A stretch of 64,000 bases of DNA, from the NCBI GenBank assembly GCA_963820525.1, contig CAWGAA010000001.1, forward strand, positions 1,152,001-1,216,000. The letters are read 5' to 3'. The notes beneath the pieces are model-generated. The model was not told the origin of the DNA. It saw only the letters and a list, made by a program, of their open reading frames with translations, and searched no databases. This DNA is from an uncultured Spirochaetota bacterium. Its GTDB lineage: Bacteria > Spirochaetota > Spirochaetia > SZUA-6 > Fen-1364. Shown in pieces: positions 50,260 to 59,763 of this stretch. A program made the position numbers and the translations under genes. Numbering within the stretch: the stretch's first letter is position 1; each line of letters starts with the position of its first letter.

Positions 50260-53200
50260 ATGCCATCGTCACATCATCACCCATTGCCACAACGCACCCG
50301 GCGCAGGATAGGCCTGCTCGCCGCTCAGCTCTCCGATTACAACGGCACGGCTCTGCTCCAGGGCGTAAGCGACGCTGCCGCGGAACGCGACGTCGATGTG
50401 ATCTGCTTCATTGGCGGGGAGCTGCGCCCGCCGAACGGCAGCGAGGGCCAGAAGAACATCCTCTACGCGCTCGCCTCGGCCGAGAGCATAGACGGCCTCG
50501 TCTTCTGGGGCGGAGCCCTCACCTACTATGTCGGGATGGAAGGCCTGGAGGCTTTCTGCCGGCGCTACCACCCCCTCCCGATGGTGAGCGCCGGCCCGGC
50601 GCCGCAGGGCATCCCCTCGGTGTGCGCGGATAATTACCAGGGCATGTACGAGGCGGCCAGCCACCTGATCGAGGTCCACGGATGCCGCCGCCTGGCTTTC
50701 CTCCCCGGCCCGCAAAACCACGAAGAGGCCCAGATCCGGCTGCACGGCTACGCCGATGCCTTGAAGAATCACGGCCTCTCCCCAGATTCCAAGCTCGTGG
50801 CCCCTCCCGGGTTCTGGTCGCGGGCCTCGGGGCGGGAGGGAGTCGGGATCCTGCTCGACGACAACGGCGTCCGCTTCGACGCGCTCATGGCCGCGGGAGA
50901 CCAGATCACATTAGGCGCGATGGAAGAATTGCAGAGGCGCGGGCTGCGCGTGCCGGGCGACGTGGCGGTGGCCAGCTTCGACGATTCCACGGAAGCGAGG
51001 TACGTGAGCCCTCCCCTCACCTCGGCGTCTCTCCTCATCTACGAGCAGGGATACCGCGCGCTCGCGATCGTGATGGACATGATCGAGGGAAGGCCGGCGA
51101 CCGAGCGGGTGACTCTTCCCGCCAGGCTGTCGGTGCGCCGCTCCTGCGGCTGCGCGGACTCGACGGTTTCGCGCGCGGCCATTGGGACGAAGGCAGCCGA
51201 GCCCGAGAAGCGATTCGGCAGCCAGCCCGGCTCCGCTCTGGTGGGGCTGCGCGGCAAGGCGCTCCTGGACATGTCGCGGGCGGGGATGGAGTCGGCGGCC
51301 GCGGAGAAGCTCTACGACGCTTTCACCAAAGGGCTCACGGGAGAGCGCGGTGACGAGTTCGTGCCTGCCCTGGACGCAGCCCTCGACCGGGCGGCGGGGC
51401 GCGGCGAAAACCTTGCCGCCTGGCAGGATGCGCTCTCAGCAATGAGGCTCCGCCTGCTTCCTCACCTCGACGACAAGGAGACGGCGGTCCGCGCCGAGGA
51501 TCTCTTGCATCAGGCGCGCGTGGCCATCGAGGAAAGAAGGCTTCGCGTGCACTCGCTCCAGCAGTGGGAAACGGAGAACTACACGCGGAGGCTGCAGGAG
51601 ATCGTACAGAGCCTCATTACCACCCTCGATTCCAGCGAGCTTGCCGACGTGCTGGCCGATGAGCTTCCGCGCCTCGGAATCCCCAGCTGCTGCCTCTCCC
51701 TGTACGAGCGGCCGCAGGTATACGCCTATCCCCAGCCCGCGCCGCAAAGGGCGAGGTTGATCATGGCATACGACGGAGAGGGGCGGGCGGAGCTGGAGAA
51801 GGGCGGACGGTGGTTTCCCTCGCGGCAGCTCGCGCCGGCGGGCATGCTGGATCGAGCGCGGCGCTCCACCATGGTGGTTGAGCCGCTGTTTTTCCGGGAA
51901 AGCCAGCTCGGCTTCGTGCTCTTCGAGATCGGGCCGCGGAACGCCGCGCTCTTCGACGCGCTTGCGGACCAGATCAGCGGAGTACTGAAGCGGGAGCTGC
52001 TGTTCCAGGAGCAGGCCCGGGCTGAACAGGAGCTGGCCCGGGAGCGCAACCTGCTTCGGTCCCTCATCGACAATATCCCCGATTTCATCTACGTGAAGGA
52101 TGCGGAGGGCAGGTTCCTCATGGCAAACCTGGCCCTGGCGCGCCTCATCGGAGTTGTCTCGCCGAAGGAGCTTTTGGGAAAGACGGACTTCGACTTCTTC
52201 CCCCGCGAGCTTGCCTCCAAGTACCGCTCCGACGAGCTGGAGGTCATTGCGTCCGCAAAACCGATGCTGGAGGCCGAGGAGCGCAGCGTGGACGGAGCCG
52301 GCGTCGAAAAATGGATCACAACGACGAAGGTGCCTCTCAAGGACGCCGCGGGCGCCGTCTTCGGGCTGGTCGGAATGGGAAAGGACATCACAGAGCGGAA
52401 ACGGGCGGAGGATGCGCTGAGGCGGGAGAGGTATCTGCTCGGCATCCTGCTGGACAACATCCCCGACTACATCTACTTCAAGGACGCCGAGAGCCGGTTC
52501 CTCAGGACGAACAGGGCCCACGCCCACGCTTTCGGGCTCAAGAGCCCCGAAGAAGCGGTGGGCAAGTCGGACTTCGATTTTTTCACGGAGGAGCACGCGC
52601 GCCAGGCATTCGAGGATGAGCAGAGGATAATGCGCACCGACCTGCCCATCATCGGGGAGGTCGAGAAGGAGACGTGGCCCGACGGCCGCGAGACCTGGGC
52701 GTCGACCACCAAGATGCCCCTGCGAGACCTTGCGGGAAACATCGTCGGGACCTTCGGCGTCTCCCGCGACGTCACCGCGCAGAAGCTGGCGGAAGAGGCG
52801 CTGCGCCGGAGCGAGGAGCGCTACCATCGGCAGAACATCAGCCTTCGGATCGCTTCCGAGGTGGCCCGCGCCGTGACGTCGATCCTCGACATCGACGTGG
52901 TGCTCCCGCGCGTCGTGGAGCTGATCCGCGAGCGCTTCGGGTTCTACCACGTGGGCCTTCTCCTGACCGACGACGCCTCCTCGAGCCTGACCCTTCGCGC
53001 CGCAAGCGGTCCATTGTCGGGCTTCACGGCCGAAGGCCTGAGCCTGCCCGCAGGCGGCCAGGGCATGATCGCCTCGGTCGGCCGCAGCGGCAAGCCCCAC
53101 GTGTCCCAGGACGTTTCACAGGACCCGCTGTACCTCTTCTTTTCGCCTCTGAACGAGACCCGCGCCGAAGCGGCCATCCCCCTGCTCATCGGCGATGCAG

Positions 53201-54138
53201 TCATTGGAGTGCTCGACGTGCAGAGCGAGCACACCGGCGCGTTCCAGCCGGAAACTGTTTCGATTCTCTCCACAATGGCGGACCAGATCGCCGTGGCCGT
53301 TCAGAACGCCCGCCTTCACGCCGCGGAGAAGGCCCGGGCGCGGGAGCTGGAGCGTGCCTACAAAACGCTTGAGGAACACCAGGGCAAGCTTCTCATCTCG
53401 GAGAAGATGGCTTCGATCGGGCGCCTGACGGCCGGGATAGCCCATGAGATGAACACGCCGCTGGCCGCCGTCCGCGCTTCCCTCAAGGAGGCTGAAAAAC
53501 TGGTGTCGGAATATCAGGATGCCGTTCGCGAAGCGAACCTGTCGCCGGCTGACCACCTGGAAATCGCCCGGGAAATGCAGCGGGCCCATCAGCTGGCCGC
53601 AAGCTCCGTGGAGCGCGCCGTGCTCTTCGTACGAGGCATCAATGCCCAGACCCGCGACCTTGCGCCCCAGGACCGCCAGCGCTTCAACGCCGTGCCGGTC
53701 ATCCGCGAGACCCTGATCCTCATCGGCCATGCCCTGCGCGCGGGAAAATGCGAAGCCGCCTTCACCCCGTCATCCGAAGTCGTCGAGCTTCTCGGCTCGC
53801 CCGGCCGTCTCTCGCAGGTCGTCACGAATCTTCTCACCAATTCCATCGACGCGTGCAAATCCGCGGGTACGGGGGCGATCGAAATCCTCCTCGCCCGTCG
53901 GGCGGGGAGCGTCAGGCTCTCGGTCAGCGACACCGGAAGCGGCATTGCCGCCGAGCATCTTCCGCGGATCTTCGATCCGATGTTCACCACAAAGCCCTTC
54001 GGCCAGGGCACGGGCCTGGGATTGACCATCGTACACGGGATCGTGGTGGGCGAGTTCGGTGCGGCCATCCAGGCCGAAAGCGTTCCGGGGCGCACGACCT
54101 TCACGATCGACTTTCCCGATCCGGGCGAAAGCCCGTGA
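50260..54138 (+). CDS. Cytoplasmic LacI-type sensor + 2 PAS + GAF histidine kinase
   Basis: ADNYQGM..LAFLPGP..ASFDD..RRSCGC; two DNIPD.IY.KD PAS; GAF AEAAIPL; AGIAHEMNTP. Confidence 0.9.
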   Translation: MPSSHHHPLPQRTRRRIGLLAAQLSDYNGTALLQGVSDAAAERDVDVICFIGGELRPPNGSEGQKNILYALASAESIDGLVFWGGALTYYVGMEGLEAFCRRYHPLPMVSAGPAPQGIPSVCADNYQGMYEAASHLIEVHGCRRLAFLPGPQNHEEAQIRLHGYADALKNHGLSPDSKLVAPPGFWSRASGREGVGILLDDNGVRFDALMAAGDQITLGAMEELQRRGLRVPGDVAVASFDDSTEARYVSPPLTSASLLIYEQGYRALAIVMDMIEGRPATERVTLPARLSVRRSCGCADSTVSRAAIGTKAAEPEKRFGSQPGSALVGLRGKALLDMSRAGMESAAAEKLYDAFTKGLTGERGDEFVPALDAALDRAAGRGENLAAWQDALSAMRLRLLPHLDDKETAVRAEDLLHQARVAIEERRLRVHSLQQWETENYTRRLQEIVQSLITTLDSSELADVLADELPRLGIPSCCLSLYERPQVYAYPQPAPQRARLIMAYDGEGRAELEKGGRWFPSRQLAPAGMLDRARRSTMVVEPLFFRESQLGFVLFEIGPRNAALFDALADQISGVLKRELLFQEQARAEQELARERNLLRSLIDNIPDFIYVKDAEGRFLMANLALARLIGVVSPKELLGKTDFDFFPRELASKYRSDELEVIASAKPMLEAEERSVDGAGVEKWITTTKVPLKDAAGAVFGLVGMGKDITERKRAEDALRRERYLLGILLDNIPDYIYFKDAESRFLRTNRAHAHAFGLKSPEEAVGKSDFDFFTEEHARQAFEDEQRIMRTDLPIIGEVEKETWPDGRETWASTTKMPLRDLAGNIVGTFGVSRDVTAQKLAEEALRRSEERYHRQNISLRIASEVARAVTSILDIDVVLPRVVELIRERFGFYHVGLLLTDDASSSLTLRAASGPLSGFTAEGLSLPAGGQGMIASVGRSGKPHVSQDVSQDPLYLFFSPLNETRAEAAIPLLIGDAVIGVLDVQSEHTGAFQPETVSILSTMADQIAVAVQNARLHAAEKARARELERAYKTLEEHQGKLLISEKMASIGRLTAGIAHEMNTPLAAVRASLKEAEKLVSEYQDAVREANLSPADHLEIAREMQRAHQLAASSVERAVLFVRGINAQTRDLAPQDRQRFNAVPVIRETLILIGHALRAGKCEAAFTPSSEVVELLGSPGRLSQVVTNLLTNSIDACKSAGTGAIEILLARRAGSVRLSVSDTGSGIAAEHLPRIFDPMFTTKPFGQGTGLGLTIVHGIVVGEFGAAIQAESVPGRTTFTIDFPDPGESP

Positions 54139-54170
54139 TTCTCACCGAAAGCGGGAGCTCGAACGCGCGC

Positions 54171-54749
54171 CTAGATCTTGGCGCAGGCGGTCACGAAGGC
54201 GAGGTGGGCCAATACCCACCGGCTGGCGCCGACGTGAAACCCCGCGCGGCCGAGCAGCCTCTGCAGATCCGCCGCGCTCTGCCTTCCGAAATGCCTGATA
54301 ACGAATGACAACGGCGGGGGGAGAATGATATCGGCGAAGCAGAAACAGCCCCCGGGAGCCAGAACACGCGCCACCTCGCGCAGCCCCGCAAGCCGGCCTT
54401 CCCAGTGGTGGAACGAAAGCGTGCTCACCGCCACATCGATAGAGGAGTCAGGGAACGGCAGGGCTTCGGCCAGGCCCGCATGAAAGGCGGCCCCCGGCGC
54501 GAGGCCGCGCGCGATCTCGACCATTTCCTCATCCGGGTCGACGCCGATCAGGCGCGCCGAAGGCCAGCGCGCCCCGGCCTTGCGGAGCAGTCTCCCCGTA
54601 CCGCATCCGATATCAAGGATTGCGGCCTTCTCGATTCCGCTTTTCGCGCCCGCAGCAAGGTCCAGGACCGCGCGGTGCACCCGGTCGAACGCTCCCTGCA
54701 GGAAGCAGCCCTCGTAACGCGCGGCCTGCCCTGCACTGCGATCCGGCAT
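54171..54749 (-). CDS. Class I SAM-dependent methyltransferase
   Basis: ILDIGCGTG, AEALPFPD, SFHHW, RVLAPGG; N-terminus may be short. Confidence 0.85.
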   Translation of the reverse strand: MPDRSAGQAARYEGCFLQGAFDRVHRAVLDLAAGAKSGIEKAAILDIGCGTGRLLRKAGARWPSARLIGVDPDEEMVEIARGLAPGAAFHAGLAEALPFPDSSIDVAVSTLSFHHWEGRLAGLREVARVLAPGGCFCFADIILPPPLSFVIRHFGRQSAADLQRLLGRAGFHVGASRWVLAHLAFVTACAKI

Positions 54750-54770
54750 ATCGATGCTCCCCGCCGCGGA

Positions 54771-55013
54771 TCACAGCTCCCCGATGACGGGGACTCTCGC
54801 CAAGAGGTCCTCGCCATGGGGAGCCCGCTCCAGCTCTTCCGTGAGGTCGCTTCCGGCGTCATGGAGAACCTGATGCTTGCCGCCGCGCCAATGATAGCTT
54901 GCCGTCACGTCGTAGACTTTGCCCCTGAACGCGATATATGCAGGAGCCCCATCCCTGCCGGTAAAGCGGGAAAGCTCCTCCACGGTGAACTTCCGCAAGC
55001 CCCCCGAGCTCAC
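54771..55013 (-). CDS. Cytochrome b5-like heme-binding protein
   Basis: FTVEEL, GKVYDVT, H..LHDAG.DLT, APHG; GTG overlaps the dpsL stop. Confidence 0.85.
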   Translation of the reverse strand: MSSGGLRKFTVEELSRFTGRDGAPAYIAFRGKVYDVTASYHWRGGKHQVLHDAGSDLTEELERAPHGEDLLARVPVIGEL

Positions 55014-55561
55014 CTGAGGAACTTGCCGACAAACGGAGACGTCTCACCCCTTCGCATGAAATGTCCGGACGGGCCCTCTCCGAGGAACTCGGAGAACCAT
55101 GACTCGTGCTCGATTTCCTCGTTGAGGATGGCCAGGGATAGATCGTAGGTGCGATGATCCTTTCCCGCGGTCATGTTGCAGATCTGGGTATAGCCGCGGA
55201 CGGCGCACCGCTCTGCGTCCACCAGGACTTTCAGCATCTCCTTGGTATTCGTCGGGTCTTTCGGCAGGCTCGCCGGCGGACAGGCCGAAGCATCGTGGAA
55301 ATCCTTGAGATTCCCATGAAGCTTCCCCCCGAGCTCATAGATCCTCGGCACCAGCGCCTCGAAGTGATTTCGGTCTTCTATCCTGGCCACCTCGGCGATC
55401 TCCTTGATCCCCTCCCCTTCCAGTCCGATCAGATTGACCCGAAGGATCGTGTAGTAGTAGAAAGTGGTCAATTCAGCGGACGCATTCTTGACCAGAAGCT
55501 CCACGAGCTGTTCGACGTTGACTCCGGCCTTTTCCACCATTTCCCGTGCCACCCGTGCCAT
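55010..55561 (-). CDS. dpsL: DPS-like (DPSL) ferritin-family protein
   Basis: AELTTFYYY, EDRNHFE, SACPPA, AERCAVR, EEIEHE. Confidence 0.9.
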   Translation of the reverse strand: MARVAREMVEKAGVNVEQLVELLVKNASAELTTFYYYTILRVNLIGLEGEGIKEIAEVARIEDRNHFEALVPRIYELGGKLHGNLKDFHDASACPPASLPKDPTNTKEMLKVLVDAERCAVRGYTQICNMTAGKDHRTYDLSLAILNEEIEHESWFSEFLGEGPSGHFMRRGETSPFVGKFLR

Positions 55562-55674
55562 ACTTTTCCCTCCTCAAGGTAAAGAATTCTTTCTCCAAAG
55601 ATACGACTTGCCGACGGACACGGCCACAAATTCAGCAGGCCGGAGAACACGGCCGTGGCGTTCAGCGGCTCCCC

Positions 55675-56359
55675 TCACACAGCATTCGATTCCTCCGCCC
55701 TTTCCGCGAGCCTGCCGGGATCTAGGATCTTGATCTTCGCCCTGAGGATGGAAACCAGGCCGGCCGCTTCGAAGTCCTTCACAATGCGGCTCACCACTTC
55801 GCGGGAGGTCCCCACCTCGGAGGCGATCTGTTGGTGCGTTCTCTCCACGGCGTTCTCTCCAATCGACGCATTCTTGAGGAGAAAGGCCGCAATACGCGAG
55901 TCCATGTGACGGAAAGCCACCTCCTCCACGAGCGTGAGAACCATCTCGAGGCGTTTCGAATACAGGCCGAACACGAACCGTCGCCACTGCGGATACTCTT
56001 CGACAAAGCCGACAAAGAGCCGGGAGGGGATGAGAAGGACATCCGTGGCGACCTTCCGCCTGGGCGATGGCGGGGAATGAATTGCCGTTCAGGATGCAGG
56101 TTGTCGTGAGGATGCAGCTTTCTCCACGCGCGATGCGGTACAAGGTAAGCTCTTTCCCCGATTCGCTTATCTTGTAAACGCGAAGGGAGCCTGACATTAC
56201 GAAGGGGAGATAGGCGCAGTCATTTCCAGCTCCTACCAGAATCTGGCCATCGTCGAGGCTTTTTCTAACCGCGTGGGCTGAAAACGACTCCTGCCCCCTC
56301 CCCGGAAGGGTTGCGAGGAATGGAAAAGCGTCGGTCAGAGAATCTCTTGAAGAAAGCAT
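55675..56359 (-). pseudogene. Crp/Fnr regulator with a 1-nt frameshift near 56051
   Basis: GKELTLYRI..GESCILT, then in another frame TDVLLIP..THQQIASEVGTSREVVSR. Confidence 0.85.
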
Positions 56360-56424
56360 CGCTCGCCTCCGTTCAGACCTCCCGCAAAGCTCCGGCCTTC
56401 CGCTCGCCCGGCCGGAGCTCCCCG

Positions 56425-56856
56425 TCATCCCTTCCCGCGCGCCTGCGCCGCAAACACGCGGACCCGCTCCCTGATGGAATCGCGAAGCTCACGGACTTTC
56501 TCCATCATCTCCTCGTCGCTACCCGTGAACGTAGAGGGATCGGGAAACGGCCAGTGGAGCTTTTCCGCGGCACCGGGAAAGATGGGGCATCGCTCCGCGG
56601 CTTCCTTGGAGCAGACCGTAACCACGTAGCGGTACCGTCTGCCCGCCTTGTACAGGTCGAACACCGATTGGGTCCTGTTCGAAGAAATATCGATTCCATC
56701 CTCTTTTAGGGCACGCACGACGTAAGGATTGAGCTTCCCGGGCTCCAACCCCGCGCTCTCTATCGTGAAAGCGCCTCCACCGAACTTCTTGAGGTACGCC
56801 TCCGCCATCTGGCTGCGGGCGGAGTTGTGCACGCAGAGAAAAAGAACGCTGATCAT
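56425..56856 (-). CDS. arsC: Arsenate reductase, thioredoxin-coupled LMW-PTP type
   Basis: [30 protein letters not shown]. Confidence 0.9.
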   Translation of the reverse strand: MISVLFLCVHNSARSQMAEAYLKKFGGGAFTIESAGLEPGKLNPYVVRALKEDGIDISSNRTQSVFDLYKAGRRYRYVVTVCSKEAAERCPIFPGAAEKLHWPFPDPSTFTGSDEEMMEKVRELRDSIRERVRVFAAQARGKG

Positions 56857-56929
56857 GTCTCCCCCCGCGGATAAAAGTACTCATGAATTGCTAGAATTGC
56901 GTTAGCGCGCCTCGCGACGCGGGCCGGGC

Positions 56930-58126
56930 TCAGCGGAGCAGAACGGAAATGCCTATACCCCCGAGCACCACCCACAACAGATCGACGCGAAGGAAAAGCG
57001 CGATGAAGGCGGCGCACGCAAGGCCGATTCGGGGGATATCCCAGCCAACTGAGAAACCGAGGCGCACCACGACGCTCGCGAGGAGCCCCACGAAGGAGCA
57101 GAGGATTCCGGCGACCGCTTTTCGGAAAAGGGGAAACGCGTTGAGTCTTGCGAAGAAAGGCGAAGTGACGACAACCATCACGAAAGACGGCAGGAATATG
57201 CTCACGGTGGCGACAAGGCCTCCTAACGGCCCCGAAAGGACATATCCGACGAACGTCGAGGTGATCACGATGGGCCCGGGGGTCACTTGTCCCAGCGCGA
57301 TGCCGTCCATGAAAGTCTTCACGTCCATCCACCGACGCAGGTCGACGACCTCATGGAGCATCAGGGGAACGGAAGCGAACCCGCCCCCGAACGCGAAAAG
57401 ATCGACCTTCATCATGAGAAGCGAGAGATCGAAGAGCCGCCCACCAAAGAGCAGGAGGGCGAGGAGGCATGCGCCGGCAGATCCAATAATGACGAGGATT
57501 GCAGCGAGCGCAAAAGGCTTGCGCTCCGCCCTCGCTTCTTTCGGAATGCCGTCGCCATGAGAAAGGGCCGCTCCCAGGACGGCGGAGCCAATGACCACCA
57601 GGATAGGGCTCGCCCCGAGCCAGAAGAGGGCCGCCGCGATGGGCGCGATGAGGAAGTCCTGCCATTTCTTCAGATAGGATCTGCCGAAGGTGAGGGCGGC
57701 GTGGGAGATCACGGCGACGATCAATGCGCGCAGGCCGCCTAATGTCGCCGCAACGGCCGGCAGCGCATTGAAACGGACATAGAGTGCCGACAGGGCGAGC
57801 ATCAGCGAAAAAGCCGGAAGACCGAACCCGATGAAGGCGGCAGCGGCCCCCGGGACTCCCCGAAGCCGAAGGCCCACGTACGCGCATGTTTGCATCGCCG
57901 TTGCGCCGGGGATGGTCTGGCAGAGGGCGACACCTTCCTTGAAAGTCTCCTCATCGAGCCAGTTTTTCTGCTGGACGGCCATCGTGCGCACGTGCGCCAC
58001 CATGGCCGGACCGCCGAACGCCGTGGCGCCCAATCTGAGGAAGGACAGGAATATGCCGGCCAGCGTTGGCCGCCCCTGCTCCTCCTGTGGTGAACCTGCC
58101 TCGCCGCTGCTCTCACCGTTTTGCAT
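56930..58126 (-). CDS. chrA: Chromate efflux transporter (two-domain)
   Basis: ATAFGGP..PGA and FAFGGG..QVTPGP repeats. Confidence 0.92.
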   Translation of the reverse strand: MQNGESSGEAGSPQEEQGRPTLAGIFLSFLRLGATAFGGPAMVAHVRTMAVQQKNWLDEETFKEGVALCQTIPGATAMQTCAYVGLRLRGVPGAAAAFIGFGLPAFSLMLALSALYVRFNALPAVAATLGGLRALIVAVISHAALTFGRSYLKKWQDFLIAPIAAALFWLGASPILVVIGSAVLGAALSHGDGIPKEARAERKPFALAAILVIIGSAGACLLALLLFGGRLFDLSLLMMKVDLFAFGGGFASVPLMLHEVVDLRRWMDVKTFMDGIALGQVTPGPIVITSTFVGYVLSGPLGGLVATVSIFLPSFVMVVVTSPFFARLNAFPLFRKAVAGILCSFVGLLASVVVRLGFSVGWDIPRIGLACAAFIALFLRVDLLWVVLGGIGISVLLR

Positions 58127-58188
58127 GGAGCTATTGTAAAGCTCGGAACACTATCCGGCGTCAAGGGGCGGCACTCGAGCGACCGCCC

Positions 58189-59415
58189 TTACGCCATCTT
58201 GTCCGGCCGGCCGCGTCGAAAGCTCGCGTACAGCAGCAGGTCGTACACGATCTTCAGTCCCCCCGCCAGAAAGAAGGGAATGCCGGACAGCAGAGGACTG
58301 GCGAGCAGCGGCCCGGTGAAAACGGGAGAAAGCGACGCCCCGGTGGTGCGTGCGATCCCCGTTACCCCCGCAGCCGCCGATCTCTCGTCCGGGCTCACCG
58401 CGGCCATTGTGTAGGACTGGCGCGTCGGCACGTCCATCTGCGAGATGCTGAAGCGAAGCAGGAGGGCGCCAATGGCCAGCGGCAGGCTGGGCATGAGGGG
58501 AACCGCGATCAGGAGCAGATTGGACGGGATATGCGTGAAGACCATCGTGTTTATCAGGCCGATCCGGGAAGCCAGGCGCGCGGCTGTAAGCGCCGATATC
58601 CCGGCCAGGATGTTCGCGCCGAAGAAGATGCCGCCCAGGACTGCCGGCGGGACGCCGAAGCGGAGGTGGAACCAGTACGCCACGATGCTCTGGATGACGA
58701 ACCCTCCCGCAAAGGCGTCGAGGGAGAACAGCGCGGAGAGCTTGAAAACAATGCGGCGGGAGCGATGCAGGCCCAGGCGCCTCACCGGCGCGCGCGTCGA
58801 GCGGGGAACCTCGACCCCGGAGGAGAGCCGAGCGAACATGACCGCCAGCGCAAGCCCGAGAAGGGCGTATCCGACGACAATGAGCCGGTAGGTCTCAAGC
58901 GGCGGAAGCCCCCGGTGCTGCAAGAGCTGCGCGAGGCCGCCGCCGCACAGCGCGCCAAGCGCGGTCGCGAAGGAGCCCACGAGGTTGTACCAGGAGAAAA
59001 CCATGGTGCGGCTGTCATCCGAAACGATGTGGGAAAGGGCCGCCTGCTCGAGGGCGAGAAAGGGGCCTACCTCGTTTCCGCTTGGGCTTATCACGCCAAC
59101 CGTGGCGGCTGCAAGCAGGAGAATGAAATCCTTCGTCAGGGCGAACAGGATCCCGGCGAACACCATCAGCGCAGCGCCCGCCAGGAGCATGCGCTTCCGC
59201 CCGATTCTGTCCGCGCTTGTCGTGATACCCAGCGAAATGAGGGTATCGCCGACAAGGGTAAGCGTGATGAGAAGGCCGATCTGCACATTGTTCAAGCCCG
59301 CCTCCGCCAGGTAAAGCACAAGCACAACGGAGAGAAAGCCGTAGGCGAACAGGCGCACGATGCGCGTCGCGAACAGGAGCCTCCCATCCCGACCAATGGA
59401 TCTCATGCCCCTCAC
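58189..59415 (-). CDS. MFS transporter
   Basis: ADRIGRKR motif A, about 12 TM, SQMDVPTRQSY. Confidence 0.88.
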   Translation of the reverse strand: MRGMRSIGRDGRLLFATRIVRLFAYGFLSVVLVLYLAEAGLNNVQIGLLITLTLVGDTLISLGITTSADRIGRKRMLLAGAALMVFAGILFALTKDFILLLAAATVGVISPSGNEVGPFLALEQAALSHIVSDDSRTMVFSWYNLVGSFATALGALCGGGLAQLLQHRGLPPLETYRLIVVGYALLGLALAVMFARLSSGVEVPRSTRAPVRRLGLHRSRRIVFKLSALFSLDAFAGGFVIQSIVAYWFHLRFGVPPAVLGGIFFGANILAGISALTAARLASRIGLINTMVFTHIPSNLLLIAVPLMPSLPLAIGALLLRFSISQMDVPTRQSYTMAAVSPDERSAAAGVTGIARTTGASLSPVFTGPLLASPLLSGIPFFLAGGLKIVYDLLLYASFRRGRPDKMA

Positions 59416-59507
59416 GTGGCGGATTATAGCGAGATCGCTTCGAAGGTTCATCCGACGTTGGTGCGGGACGGCCCTTTCGACTCCATTGGACTCTGCGGAG
59501 GCGCAAG

Positions 59508-59742
59508 ATGAAATGGATTACCCGCTCGCACGTTCATGTCGATCGCGTGGCCTGCCCGTGGTTGATCAGCCGCTTCGTGGACAGCGAAGCCGAGTTCCTG
59601 TTCGTTCCCGCATCTCGGATCGAGCTTTATCGACGGCGATCCTCTGGCCCGCCAGTTCGATGTCTATGATGCCTTGTACGCATGGTGCCGGATGCATGCG
59701 GCCGGCGCGCAGGGAAAGGCCGCCGTCGACACGCATGCATGA
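59508..59742 (+). pseudogene. ChrB/ChrF-like chromate resistance protein, internally deleted
   Basis: GGAGG RBS; MKWITRSHVHVDRVACPWLISRFVDSEAEFLFVP, then in another frame RQFDVYDALYAWCR; not in the supplied ORF track. Confidence 0.8.
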
Positions 59743-59763
59743 TCTCGGCCGCGACGCTCCCAA

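Noticed and set aside
52040..52810. Internal repeated sequence in the large kinase
   Set aside because: Explained by tandem PAS-PAC domains
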